A stretch of DNA of 53,360 nt. It comes from Actinomycetota bacterium (lineage in GTDB: Bacteria; Actinomycetota; CADDZG01; JAHWKV01). The notes under the pieces were generated by a model that did not search any database, was not told where the DNA came from, and worked only from the letters and a program-made list of their open reading frames with translations. The translations under genes and the position numbers were made by a program. The stretch is from NCBI GenBank assembly GCA_035759705.1, contig DASTUJ010000193.1:1-53360 (forward strand), given 5' to 3'. Below, piece by piece: positions 7,518 through 16,639 of the stretch; within the stretch, counting starts at the first letter, position 1, and every line of letters begins with the position of its first letter.

Positions 7518-9227
7518 TCACCTGAGCGCTGCCGCTGTTGCCTCCCACAGGAGGCGGTGGACGGTGACGTTCGCCTCACGAGACGTCTTTGCCTCGATCA
7601 AATGTGCCCCACCCATTCCCACCGCCCGCAGCACTGCCGGCGCCAACTCGGAGGGATCATGAATCAACGAGTAGCTGCAGTTGTAGAAATTGGCCAGCCT
7701 GGAGAAATCGAGGCCGTGGGGGGTCCCGAACAACTTCTCGAATCCGGGCTGAGCAGCCTGAGGCAGGAAGGAAAATATTCCTCCTCCGTCGTTGTTCACC
7801 ACCACGAACACCACGTCAATGGAGCCCTCTGATGCGGCAAGCAAACCGTTCTGATCGTGGAGAAGTGAAAGGTCGCCGGTCAATGCAACAACTGGCCCGG
7901 AGTGCGAAAGGGCAGTTCCTAGGACGGAGGAGGCGAATCCGTCGATCCCGTTCGCGCCGCGGTTCGCCAGGAGTTGCACCCCGGGCGACGTACGCATAGA
8001 CCAGTCGAGGTCGCGAATCGGCATGCTGGACGCCACGTACAGAACCGACCCGTCGGGCAGGCATCCGGCCAGATCCCGGGCGATTCGGGGCTCGGTGATC
8101 CCCTGCCCGTCCAGGAGTGTGTCGATGGCCTCCCGGGCCAGGTCATCCGCCTGAAGCCAGCCGTTTAGCCACTCCGAGTGGGGGGACTCGGAAGTGGCGG
8201 CGGCTAAAGCAGTGAAGACCTGATCCGGGTCGGCCCGAAGCATCCAGGACAGGGACCGGGCGGGGTCCAGCCAGGCGCTGGGGTCGATTGAGATCTGACG
8301 GACCGGCGAGTCGAGCAGGGCGGCGAGACTCGGAGAGGTCCCAAGGTTCCCGATCCGGATCACCAGGTCGGGGCGGTGCGACTCCGCAAACTCGGGTTGG
8401 CGCAACAAAGCTTCGAATGTCGAGATGGCCGGGGGGCCGGTACGCACGTTTGAGGTCGCCTCGGCCAGCACCGGCCAGGCGGCCTTGCGTGCGGTAGCAA
8501 GGATAGGTTCGGCGTTGTGCAGCCCGGTCCCCACCGCGATCACCCCGCGTGCGGTTCCCTCGATCTCCTCTATGAGCCGCTGCAGGTCCTCCTCCGACGC
8601 GGCTCTCGGCGAGTGCGACTCCTCGGTCCACGGACGTCCGCCCTCCCGCCCGTCCAGCGGGAATGGGAACCCGGCGGGGTCTGCGACCGGCACCAGGGGG
8701 TTGCGAAACGCCAGGTTCAGGTGCACCGGGCCGGCCGCGGGCCAGCGGCTGACTGCATAGGCCCGGGAGGCCAGCGACCGCCAGTACCCGACCGATTCCG
8801 GCCTCGCCTCGGCCACCCCGACCTCCACGAACCAGCGGACCGTGTCACCGAACATCTTGATCTGGTCGATGGTCTGCCCGGCGCCGGTGTCGCGCAGCTC
8901 GGGGGGCCGGTCGGCAGTCAGCACGATCATCGGCACCTGGGCGAAGGAGGCCTCGATCACCGCCGGGTACAGGTTGGCGGTCGCGGTGCCCGACGTCGTC
9001 GCCACCATCGCGGGGACGCCCGTCACCTTGGCCAGGCCCAGGGCCAGGAAAGCCGCCGAGCGTTCGTCGATCGACACGTGCAGGCTGATCTCCGGCCGGG
9101 CGTCCAGGGCGAGCGCCAGCGGCGTGGACCGGGAGCCGGGGCCGAGGCAGGCGTGGGTCACGCCGGCGCGGATCAGCTCGTCGACCAGGACCGTCGCCAG
9201 CGCGTGACCGGCGTTCTCCGCTTTCAT
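7518..9227 (-). CDS. menD: 2-succinyl-5-enolpyruvyl-6-hydroxy-3-cyclohexene-1-carboxylate (SEPHCHC) synthase
   Basis: 569 aa. TPP-enzyme N-terminus LVDELIRAGVTHACLGPGSRSTPLALAL, and C-terminal TPP motif GDLSLLHD...VVVNNDGGGIF. Operonic with menC/menA/menB. Confidence 0.92.
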   Translation of the reverse strand: MKAENAGHALATVLVDELIRAGVTHACLGPGSRSTPLALALDARPEISLHVSIDERSAAFLALGLAKVTGVPAMVATTSGTATANLYPAVIEASFAQVPMIVLTADRPPELRDTGAGQTIDQIKMFGDTVRWFVEVGVAEARPESVGYWRSLASRAYAVSRWPAAGPVHLNLAFRNPLVPVADPAGFPFPLDGREGGRPWTEESHSPRAASEEDLQRLIEEIEGTARGVIAVGTGLHNAEPILATARKAAWPVLAEATSNVRTGPPAISTFEALLRQPEFAESHRPDLVIRIGNLGTSPSLAALLDSPVRQISIDPSAWLDPARSLSWMLRADPDQVFTALAAATSESPHSEWLNGWLQADDLAREAIDTLLDGQGITEPRIARDLAGCLPDGSVLYVASSMPIRDLDWSMRTSPGVQLLANRGANGIDGFASSVLGTALSHSGPVVALTGDLSLLHDQNGLLAASEGSIDVVFVVVNNDGGGIFSFLPQAAQPGFEKLFGTPHGLDFSRLANFYNCSYSLIHDPSELAPAVLRAVGMGGAHLIEAKTSREANVTVHRLLWEATAAALR

Positions 9228-10135
9228 CGTGCGCCGAGCTCCGAGAGCGGGTGGGGGTCGGCGTAGCGGTCGAGCAGCGCCGGGTCAACCTGTGGCCGGC
9301 GCACCTCGATCCTCCCGTCCACCGGGACCAGCGAGTGGGCCACGAGGTCGCCCGCCAGCAGGGGGACGGTTCCCAGCCCGCACGGATAGGGCAGGTGCTC
9401 CAGGGCGGCCGCAAGGGCAACCCCGGCCGATATGCCCACCGACGTCTCCAGCATGCTCGAAACGATCGCCGGGAGACCCGACTCTTCGATCGCCTGCATC
9501 GCCCGGTTGATCCCGCCCAGGGACTGGACCTTGACCACGAGCACGTCGGTCGCCTCGAGCTCCACCAGCCGGCGAACCGACTCCAGGGAGCTCGCCAGCT
9601 CATCGGCGGCGATTGGCACGTCGACGGCCCGCCGGACCTCGGCCATCTCCTCGATCGTCCGCACCGGCTGCTCGACCAGGTCGACGGAATACCGGGAGAG
9701 GACGTTGATGCACCGAACCGCCTCGTCGACGTTCCAGGCGCCGTTGACGTCGACCACCAGCCGGCCGCCCGGTCCGAGGGCATCCCGGACCGCCTCGACC
9801 CGGGCTTCGTCGTTGCCCTCGGCCACCTTGACCTTGGCCGCAGAGCAGCCCGACGCACGGACCAGAGCCGCCGCCGCCTCCGGCTCCAGCGCCGGGACGG
9901 TTACGTGGACCGGGATGTGGTCCCGGAACGGTGCCGGCCACGATTCGAACGCGGAGGCGTAGGCACTGGATACCGCCGCCCGGTGGTCCTCCGTCCCGAA
10001 CCCGGGGAACGGCGAGAACTCCCCCCAGCCTTGGGGCCCCGAGACGACCGCTCCCCTTCGGGAGGTCTGGCCCCGGAACGGCATGCGCAACGGGATGTTG
10101 AAGTACCGCCATTCCGGACCGGCCGGTGCGGTCAC
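9224..10135 (-). CDS. menC: o-succinylbenzoate synthase (enolase superfamily)
   Basis: FNIPLRMPFRG..., KVKV, VVDVNGAW, DLVEQP, IAADE (metal and acid/base ligands of MenC). GTG at 10135 forms a GTGA overlap with the menA stop. The ORF-track extension to 10666 overlaps menA and is Arg/Gly/Pro-rich. Confidence 0.85.
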   Translation of the reverse strand: MTAPAGPEWRYFNIPLRMPFRGQTSRRGAVVSGPQGWGEFSPFPGFGTEDHRAAVSSAYASAFESWPAPFRDHIPVHVTVPALEPEAAAALVRASGCSAAKVKVAEGNDEARVEAVRDALGPGGRLVVDVNGAWNVDEAVRCINVLSRYSVDLVEQPVRTIEEMAEVRRAVDVPIAADELASSLESVRRLVELEATDVLVVKVQSLGGINRAMQAIEESGLPAIVSSMLETSVGISAGVALAAALEHLPYPCGLGTVPLLAGDLVAHSLVPVDGRIEVRRPQVDPALLDRYADPHPLSELGAR

Positions 10136-10995
10136 AACCAGAGCCCCATGGCCAGCAACACCCCGAAGGCCAGTTGAAGCCTGGCGGTACCGACCAGCAC
10201 GCCGATCAGTTCGCGGCCGCTGTCCGTGGAGACCTTGCGAAGCACCGGGATCGCCAGCGGGAACGAGAGCAGCGGCAGGAGCACCCAGGGGCCGCCTCCG
10301 CATAGGGCGATGAGGCCCAGCGACAGGTAGGAACCGACGATGAGCGCCTTGAAGACCAACCGGGTCCGGGCGTCGCCCAGAATCACCGCCAGCGTCCGCT
10401 TGCTGGTCCGGGAGTCGGTCGGGATGTCTCTTAGGTTGTTGGCCACGAGGATGGCCGCAGCCAGGAAACCGACCGGGACCGAGGCGGAGAGCGCCAGCGG
10501 GGAGATCTCCTCTATCTGGACGTAGGCCGAGCCCACGGTCGCGACGACCCCGAAGAAGATGAAGACGAACACCTCGCCGAGCCCCCGTGAGCCGTAGGGG
10601 TAGGGGCCGCCGCTGTAGCCGAGGGCCGCGATCACGCTCACCGCCCCGACGGCAACCAGCTCCCACCCGGCAACTGCCGCAAGACCGACACCGGTGGCCA
10701 CGGCCACCAAAAAGGCGGCGATCATCGCATTGCGCATCGCCCCGGGCGAGATCAAACCGGAGGAGGTGAGCCGCCGGGGGCCGAGCCGCTCGTGGGTGTC
10801 GACACCCTTCACCGCGTCGAAGTAGTCGTTGGCGAAGTTCACGCCGATCTGCATGAAGACGGCCACGACCAGCGCGCCGAGAAACCTCGGCGGCGAAAGG
10901 CGGCCGGCAGCTGCGGTGCCGGCCAGCACCGGGACGATGCCGGCCACGAGGGTGCGGGGCCTGGCAGCCTCTACCCAGTACCTTCGATCGGCCAC
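10132..10995 (-). CDS. menA: 1,4-dihydroxy-2-naphthoate polyprenyltransferase
   Basis: 287 aa, polytopic. UbiA-family motifs NFANDYFDAVKGVD and NNLRDIPTD. Confidence 0.9.
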   Translation of the reverse strand: MADRRYWVEAARPRTLVAGIVPVLAGTAAAGRLSPPRFLGALVVAVFMQIGVNFANDYFDAVKGVDTHERLGPRRLTSSGLISPGAMRNAMIAAFLVAVATGVGLAAVAGWELVAVGAVSVIAALGYSGGPYPYGSRGLGEVFVFIFFGVVATVGSAYVQIEEISPLALSASVPVGFLAAAILVANNLRDIPTDSRTSKRTLAVILGDARTRLVFKALIVGSYLSLGLIALCGGGPWVLLPLLSFPLAIPVLRKVSTDSGRELIGVLVGTARLQLAFGVLLAMGLWL

Positions 10996-11007
10996 GGCTC
11001 TCGAGGC

Positions 11008-11856
11008 CTACGGCCTGCGGGGGAACTTGCCGAAGTCCGGCGCACGCTTCTCCAGGTAGGCGTCACGGCCCTCCTGCGCTTCTTCGCTCATGTAATAAAG
11101 GAGAGTGGCGTCCCCGGCCAGCTGCTGGATTCCGGCCATGCCGTCGGTGTCTGCGTTGAACGACGCCTTGAGGAGCCGGAGCGACAGCGGGCTCTTGGCA
11201 AGGATCTTGCGGCACCACTCCACCGTCGCCGCCTCGAGCTCGGCGAGCGGCACGACCTTGTTGACCAGCCCCATGTCCAACGCCTCCCGGGCGTCGTACT
11301 GGTCGCAGAGAAACCAGATCTCCTTGGCCTTTTTCAGGCCGACCATCCGTGCCAGCAGGCCGGCGCCGTAACCCCCGTCGAAAGAGCCCACCCGCGGACC
11401 GGTCTGGCCGAAGCGTGCGTTGTCGGCCGCGATGGTCAGGTCGCAGACCACGTGCAGGACGTGCCCGCCGCCGATGGCGTACCCCGCCACCATCGCGACC
11501 ACCGGCTTCGGGAGCCGGCGGATCTGCACCTGCAGGTCGAGGACGTTAAGGCGCCCGACGCCGTGGTCGTCGGAGTAGCCGTCGTCGATGCGGACCCTCT
11601 GGTCCCCGCCGGAACAGAAGGCAAGGTCACCGGCGCCGGTGAGGATCACCACCCCGACCGTCGGGTCGTCACGGGCCAGGTCGAAGGCCTTGATCAGCTC
11701 GAAGACGGTCTTCGGGCGGAAGGCGTTGCGTACCTCGGGCCGGTTGATGGTGATCTTGGCGATGCCCTCGAAGGTCTCGTAGAGGATGTCCTCGAAGTCG
11801 CCGGAGCCTTCCCAGGCGAAAGTCGCCACCTCTTCAGCTTCTGAGCTCATACGCAT
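11008..11856 (-). CDS. menB: 1,4-dihydroxy-2-naphthoyl-CoA synthase
   Basis: Crotonase-fold MenB signatures: [48 protein letters not shown], and the C-terminal [14 protein letters not shown]. Confidence 0.95.
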   Translation of the reverse strand: MRMSSEAEEVATFAWEGSGDFEDILYETFEGIAKITINRPEVRNAFRPKTVFELIKAFDLARDDPTVGVVILTGAGDLAFCSGGDQRVRIDDGYSDDHGVGRLNVLDLQVQIRRLPKPVVAMVAGYAIGGGHVLHVVCDLTIAADNARFGQTGPRVGSFDGGYGAGLLARMVGLKKAKEIWFLCDQYDAREALDMGLVNKVVPLAELEAATVEWCRKILAKSPLSLRLLKASFNADTDGMAGIQQLAGDATLLYYMSEEAQEGRDAYLEKRAPDFGKFPRRP

Positions 11857-11938
11857 TGACTCCTGAGTGATAACTCGAATCGTTAGAGTAACTTATCAGA
11901 CGAAGTCACTCTATCCTGGACTACCCGACAGGAGCGTC

Positions 11939-13114
11939 GTGAGCGACAGACGTCTAATAGCCCTACGCTACCCAAACCGCACGATGGCCGCCCGGCTGAA
12001 CGAGCTGTGGGACGGCGGTTTCGCCGCCCTCCCGCTCAGCCCATCGCTGCCCGGCGCCGAGGTTGGCGCCCTCCTCGAGGAGCTCAAGCCCGCCCGTATA
12101 GAGGACGAATCCGGCTGCACCGACCTGCCCGGCGGAGTGCCGGTGGCGGAAGGGGTGGCCGTGGTGATCGCCACCTCCGGGGCTTCGGGGAAGCCGAAGG
12201 GGGTCGAGCTTTCCCACGCCGCACTGGAGTGGTCCGCCCGGGCCTACGCCGAACGGCTGGGCACCCGTCCCGGGGAGCGCTGGCTCGGCTGCCTGCCGCT
12301 TTCCCACATTGGAGGCCTGGGCATTCTGGTCCGGTCTCGCCTGGCGGGCACCGAACCGGTGATCCACGACCGGTTCGACCCGGAGGCGGTCGCAGCCGAG
12401 CAGGATACGACGCTGATCTCGCTGGTCCCCACCACGCTGATGCGCCTGATGGACGCGGGGGTCGACCTGGCCCGGTACTCCGCCGTGCTGATCGGCGGCG
12501 CAGGACTTCCGGCCGCAACCGCTGAGCGCGCCCGCTTCGCCGGGATCCGGCTGGTCCACACCTACGGGCTGACCGAGACCTGCGGGGGCTGCAACTTCGA
12601 CGGGGTGCCGCTCGACGGCGCCGAGTTCCGGGTGGTCGACGAGATGATCCGGGTCCGGGGACCGATGCTGATGAACGGCTACCGCCTGAACCCGGAGCTC
12701 ACCTCGGACGCGCTGGAGGGCGGGTGGCTGCACACCGCCGACCGGGGCCGGATCGACTCGAACGGGGTCCTGGAGGTTTTCGGCCGGGCCGACGACCTGA
12801 TCGTCACCGGCGGGGAGAAGGTTTCGGCAATCGAGGTGGAGAACCTGATTCAGACCCACCCCCTGGTCGCCGACGCGGCGGTGGCCGGGATCGACGACTA
12901 CCGCTGGGGCCAGGCGGTGGCCGCCCTGATAGTCCCCCGGGGAAGCTCGGTCCCAACCCTGCGGGAGCTCAAGGGCTTTCTGACCGGGAAGCTTGCCGGC
13001 TTCAAGGCGCCCAAGAGGATCCTCATCGTCGACGAGGTGCCGCGCACCGCCTCGGGCAAGGTCCGGCGGCAGGCGGTGAGGGACCTGCTGGAGTCGTCCG
13101 AGGTAACCGGTTGA
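11939..13114 (+). CDS. menE: o-succinylbenzoate--CoA ligase
   Basis: AMP-binding motifs TSGASGKPKGVELSH, TYGLTET, and GWLHTADRG...TGGEKV, ending SGKVRR. GGAG sits 5 nt before GTG 11939. The track start at 11867 would leave only 10 bp to the divergent menB. Confidence 0.85.
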   Translation: MSDRRLIALRYPNRTMAARLNELWDGGFAALPLSPSLPGAEVGALLEELKPARIEDESGCTDLPGGVPVAEGVAVVIATSGASGKPKGVELSHAALEWSARAYAERLGTRPGERWLGCLPLSHIGGLGILVRSRLAGTEPVIHDRFDPEAVAAEQDTTLISLVPTTLMRLMDAGVDLARYSAVLIGGAGLPAATAERARFAGIRLVHTYGLTETCGGCNFDGVPLDGAEFRVVDEMIRVRGPMLMNGYRLNPELTSDALEGGWLHTADRGRIDSNGVLEVFGRADDLIVTGGEKVSAIEVENLIQTHPLVADAAVAGIDDYRWGQAVAALIVPRGSSVPTLRELKGFLTGKLAGFKAPKRILIVDEVPRTASGKVRRQAVRDLLESSEVTG

Positions 13115-13187
13115 CGCAACTTCGGACTCGAGCTTAAGCCCGGGCCCTAATCGGCCGAAAGTACTGGTAAACGGCCGGGGAGAAGGT

Positions 13188-13565
13188 GTGGGCACCAAAC
13201 TTGGGGCAGTTGCGGAGATCCAACCGTCCGCAAGCAGGTCCCGGCGGCGCGCAATCGTGCTGTTCTGCGCTGCGTTCATCGCGGTTCAGATCCTCGTGCC
13301 GATTTACAGGCTTGCCTTGCCCCCGAACCAGCCGTTCGGCTGGCAGATGTACTCCTCGGTCGCCGGATACCGCTACGAAGTGAAGCTGGCCGACGGGACC
13401 ACCTCCGAAGCCGACCCGGTCGACTACGTTCTGCGGTACCGGACGGAGATCGACTTCCGGGATCACCTGCCCCCGGTGCTCTGCCGGGCGTTCCCCGATG
13501 CCACCGAGATCGTGACCTCCAACCGGCTCCTCGGGAGCAACGAGAGCTTCCCGTGCGACCGCTAG
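13188..13565 (+). CDS. small N-terminally anchored hypothetical protein, translationally coupled to the HTTM gene
   Basis: GTG start with GGGGAG 5 nt upstream. RRR followed by hydrophobic helix AIVLFCAAFIAVQILVPIY, then a ~85-aa soluble part with 2 Cys. 13-nt overlap with the next gene. Confidence 0.55.
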   Translation: MGTKLGAVAEIQPSASRSRRRAIVLFCAAFIAVQILVPIYRLALPPNQPFGWQMYSSVAGYRYEVKLADGTTSEADPVDYVLRYRTEIDFRDHLPPVLCRAFPDATEIVTSNRLLGSNESFPCDR

Positions 13566-14410
13566 CCGCCCTCAAGGCGCTCCCCGACACCGAGGCCGCC
13601 TCCCTGCCGATCGGCCTGGCCCGGGCCGGGCTGGGCGTGGCCACGCTACTCGGCGCCGCCGAGATGGCCCGTGGCCTGAAGGCGTTGCACACGCCCGGCG
13701 TTCTCAGGATTCCGAGGTTCGAATCCCTCCCGGTGCTGCCGCAGTCCGCGGTCGCCGTGTTTCTCGGCGCCTGGGCCCTGGCGTCCATCGCCTTGCTCCT
13801 GGGGTGGCATACCCGGACCGCCGGCGTCCTTCTAATAGGCTTTCAGGCCTACGCACTGGCTCTCGACCATCAGCTCTACAGCAACCACCTGTACCTGATG
13901 GCCCTGTTCACGCTACTGCTCACCCTGGCCGACAGCGGCGCCTCCTTTTCGCTGGATGCGCACCGCAGGGGAAGTGTGCCTTATATACCCGCCTGGCCGG
14001 TGGCGTTGATGCGCGTGCTGATCAGCATCGTCTACAGCTTTGCGGTCCTGGCCAAGCTGAACGCGTTCTTCCTGTCGGGCATCGTCCTTCGACAGAACAT
14101 GAAGGTCCCCGGGATGGAGCACCTGCCCAACTGGGTTTTTATGATCCTTGCCCTGGCGTCGGTGGCAACCGAGGCCTTCCTCGCCTACGCCTTCTGGAGG
14201 AAGCGGCTGAGGGTCTTCGCGTTCCTGGTCGGGCTCGGATTCCACGTGACGATCGTGTTCACGATGTGGCTCTTCCCTGACCTGCTCACCTTCGCAGTGA
14301 TCATGGGGTCGGCGTACCTGGCGTTCTTCAGCCGGTTCCGGCCGGCCGAGCTTGGCCTTGCGCTGCCGGACCGGGATGGCGAGGGCCTAGCCCTGCAGCT
14401 CAGCCGCTAA
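13553..14410 (+). CDS. polytopic membrane protein with HTTM / vitamin-K-dependent gamma-carboxylase-like domain (tentative)
   Basis: 285 aa with multiple TM helices. LLLGWHTRTAGVLL...LALDHQLYSNHLYLMALFTLLLTLADSGASFSLDA resembles the HTTM core pattern (G..tR ... NH.YL..L..LL ... fSlD) as I recall it. Not verified by HMM. Confidence 0.6.
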   Translation: MRPLAALKALPDTEAASLPIGLARAGLGVATLLGAAEMARGLKALHTPGVLRIPRFESLPVLPQSAVAVFLGAWALASIALLLGWHTRTAGVLLIGFQAYALALDHQLYSNHLYLMALFTLLLTLADSGASFSLDAHRRGSVPYIPAWPVALMRVLISIVYSFAVLAKLNAFFLSGIVLRQNMKVPGMEHLPNWVFMILALASVATEAFLAYAFWRKRLRVFAFLVGLGFHVTIVFTMWLFPDLLTFAVIMGSAYLAFFSRFRPAELGLALPDRDGEGLALQLSR

Positions 14411-15438
14411 CCGCGCGGCCGGCGCCGGTATTCGGGCTGGAGCCAGGCCGGGTCGAATCCGTTGTCGGCAGGGTTCAGCGTCACGCCGGGAGGAACCAGC
14501 TCGTCGATGGCGTCCAAAGCCTCGGTCGAGAGCCTGATCTCGGCCGCGCCCAGCTGCCCTTTTAGCTGGTCCAGGTTTCGGGGGCCGATGATCGCGGAGG
14601 TCACCGCCGGGTGCTCGAGCACCCAGGCGACCCCAAGCTCAACCAGGGAGATCCCTTCCTTCTCCGCAAGGGGGATCAGCCCCTCAATCACCTCGTACTT
14701 GCGCTTGTTGCCGGGCAGGGCCTCGTCGAACCGGGCCGGGATCCGCTCTGCCCTGCCGGTCTTCTCGACCGGCTTGCCCTTGCGGAACTTCCCGGAGAGC
14801 CAGCCTCCGGCGAGGGGGCTCCAGACGATCACCCCCATCCGGTGCTTGACCGCCGCCGGCAGCACGGCCCTTTCTATGTCCCGCACGAGGATCGAGTAGG
14901 GAGGCTGCTCGCAGACATACCGCTCCAGACGCCGGTCGGCGGCCACCCACTGGGCCTCGACGATGTCGGCGGCAGGAAAGGTGGTCGACCCGGCGTAGCG
15001 GATCTTGCCCTGACGAATCAGGTCGGTCAGCGCCCCGAGGGTCTCTCCGGCGTCCATCAGCTGGTCGGGCCGGTGCGCCTGGTAGAGGTCGATGTAGTCG
15101 GTGCCCAGGCGCCGAAGCGACGCCTCCACGGCCCGGAATATGTACTTGCGGGAGGTTCCACGGTCGTTGGGCCCCTCGCCCATCGGGTTGTAGAACTTCG
15201 TGGCGAGCACGATGTCGTCGCGGTTGCGGCCCTTGATGGCCTTGCCGACGATCTCCTCGCACTCCCCGTCGGAGTAGATGTCGGCGGTGTCGACGAAGTT
15301 GATGCCGGCGTCGAGCGCGGCGCGGATCACCTCGATCCCCTCTTCGTGGTCCGGGTTGCCCCACTTGCCGAACATCATCGTGCCCAGGCAGAGCGGGCTG
15401 ACCATCACGCCGGTGGCGCCGAGCCGCACGTACTCCAT
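14407..15438 (-). CDS. aldo/keto reductase
   Basis: MEYVRLGATGVMVSPLCLGTMMFG ... INFVDTADIYSDGECEEIVGKAI ... ATKF ... IDLYQAHRPD, typical AKR motifs. Confidence 0.92.
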   Translation of the reverse strand: MEYVRLGATGVMVSPLCLGTMMFGKWGNPDHEEGIEVIRAALDAGINFVDTADIYSDGECEEIVGKAIKGRNRDDIVLATKFYNPMGEGPNDRGTSRKYIFRAVEASLRRLGTDYIDLYQAHRPDQLMDAGETLGALTDLIRQGKIRYAGSTTFPAADIVEAQWVAADRRLERYVCEQPPYSILVRDIERAVLPAAVKHRMGVIVWSPLAGGWLSGKFRKGKPVEKTGRAERIPARFDEALPGNKRKYEVIEGLIPLAEKEGISLVELGVAWVLEHPAVTSAIIGPRNLDQLKGQLGAAEIRLSTEALDAIDELVPPGVTLNPADNGFDPAWLQPEYRRRPRG

Positions 15439-15501
15439 CGATCCAGCTTAGTTGAAGCTCCCGGCCTGCGCCGCCCGGCCCCCGCCTTTACACTGGCGCC
15501 C

Positions 15502-15906
15502 ATGAAGACCCACCGTATGAAGCTGGAGACCGGGAACGTCCGGGCGCTCGTCGACCTGACCCACGAGGTCCGGAGATTCGTACAGGACGCGGGTGACGGC
15601 CTGGTCAACATCTCGATTCCGCACGCCACCGCCGGCCTGGTCCTCATGGAGCTGGGCTCCGGCAGCGACGAGGACCTGTGGGAGCGGCTGGACGCCCTCC
15701 TGCCGAGGGACCGGCGTTACACGCACTCCCACGGGTCGCCCGGCCACGGCGCCGACCACCTCCTTCCCGCCTTCATCACGCCCACGCTCACCCTCCCGGT
15801 GATAGACGGAGAGGTTTCGCTGGGGACCTGGCAGAGCATCGTGCTGGTCGACTCCAACGTCGACAACCCCCGGCGCGAGGTGCTGTTCGCCTTCCTGGCC
15901 GGCTGA
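15502..15906 (+). CDS. YjbQ/UPF0047 family protein (secondary thiamine-phosphate synthase-like)
   Basis: ATG at 15502. VNISIPHATAGLVLMELGSG ... HLLPAFITPTLTLPV..G...LGTWQSIVLVD matches the UPF0047 pattern. The long ORF-track extension back to 14611 is antisense to the AKR gene. Confidence 0.8.
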   Translation: MKTHRMKLETGNVRALVDLTHEVRRFVQDAGDGLVNISIPHATAGLVLMELGSGSDEDLWERLDALLPRDRRYTHSHGSPGHGADHLLPAFITPTLTLPVIDGEVSLGTWQSIVLVDSNVDNPRREVLFAFLAG

Positions 15907-15907
15907 G

Positions 15908-16639
15908 GTGTCCTTAAAGGACGAGCTGAGGGCGCTTGCCGTCGAGCTGGCCACCGAAGCCGGCGAGATTCTTCTGCGTATGGGCACGGGCGGCGTGACC
16001 ACGGCCAAGTCCACCCCCACCGATCTGGTCACCGAAGCCGACCGGGCCGCCGAACGCCACATTGTCGACAAGCTGCGCCGCCTCCGCCCGGACGACGCGA
16101 TCGTCGCCGAGGAGGGCTCGGCCAACACCGGCACCAGCGGCATCCGGTGGGTGGTAGACCCCCTGGACGGGACCGTCAACTACACCTACGGGTTCCCGCA
16201 CTGGTGTGTGTCGATCGGAGTCGAGGGGGCCGAGCGCCTGGGGGTGGTCCACGACCCGAGCCGGGGCGAAACCTTCTACGACCCGGCACTGCTCACGCCG
16301 AGCCGCAAGACCGATCTTTCAGACTCGCTGATAGGCACGGGGTTCGCCTACTCGGCCGAGACCAGGGCCCGCCAGGCCGCGACGGTCGCCAACCTTCTTC
16401 CGATCGTCAGGGACATCCGCCGGGTCGGCTCTTGCGCGCTGGACCTGGCGTGGGTGGCGTGCGGGCGGCTGGACGGCTTCTACGAGGAGGGCGTCCAGCA
16501 CTGGGACGTCAGCGCCGGCATCGCCCTGGTGAACGATGCCGGCGGAGTGGCCCGGACCTCGGGTCCCATGACGGTGGCCGCGGGGACCGAGGAGCTGTTG
16601 GTGAAGCTGGAGAAGCTGGTACTACCTACTCGTCGGTGA
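15908..16639 (+). CDS. inositol monophosphatase family protein
   Basis: IVAEEGS, WVVDPLDGTVNY, and the C-terminal WDVSAG motif. Confidence 0.9.
   Translation: MSLKDELRALAVELATEAGEILLRMGTGGVTTAKSTPTDLVTEADRAAERHIVDKLRRLRPDDAIVAEEGSANTGTSGIRWVVDPLDGTVNYTYGFPHWCVSIGVEGAERLGVVHDPSRGETFYDPALLTPSRKTDLSDSLIGTGFAYSAETRARQAATVANLLPIVRDIRRVGSCALDLAWVACGRLDGFYEEGVQHWDVSAGIALVNDAGGVARTSGPMTVAAGTEELLVKLEKLVLPTRR

Noticed and set aside
10136-10666. Upstream extension of the menC ORF
   Set aside because: It lies wholly inside menA in another frame and is Arg/Gly/Pro-rich. MenC homology starts at GTG 10135.
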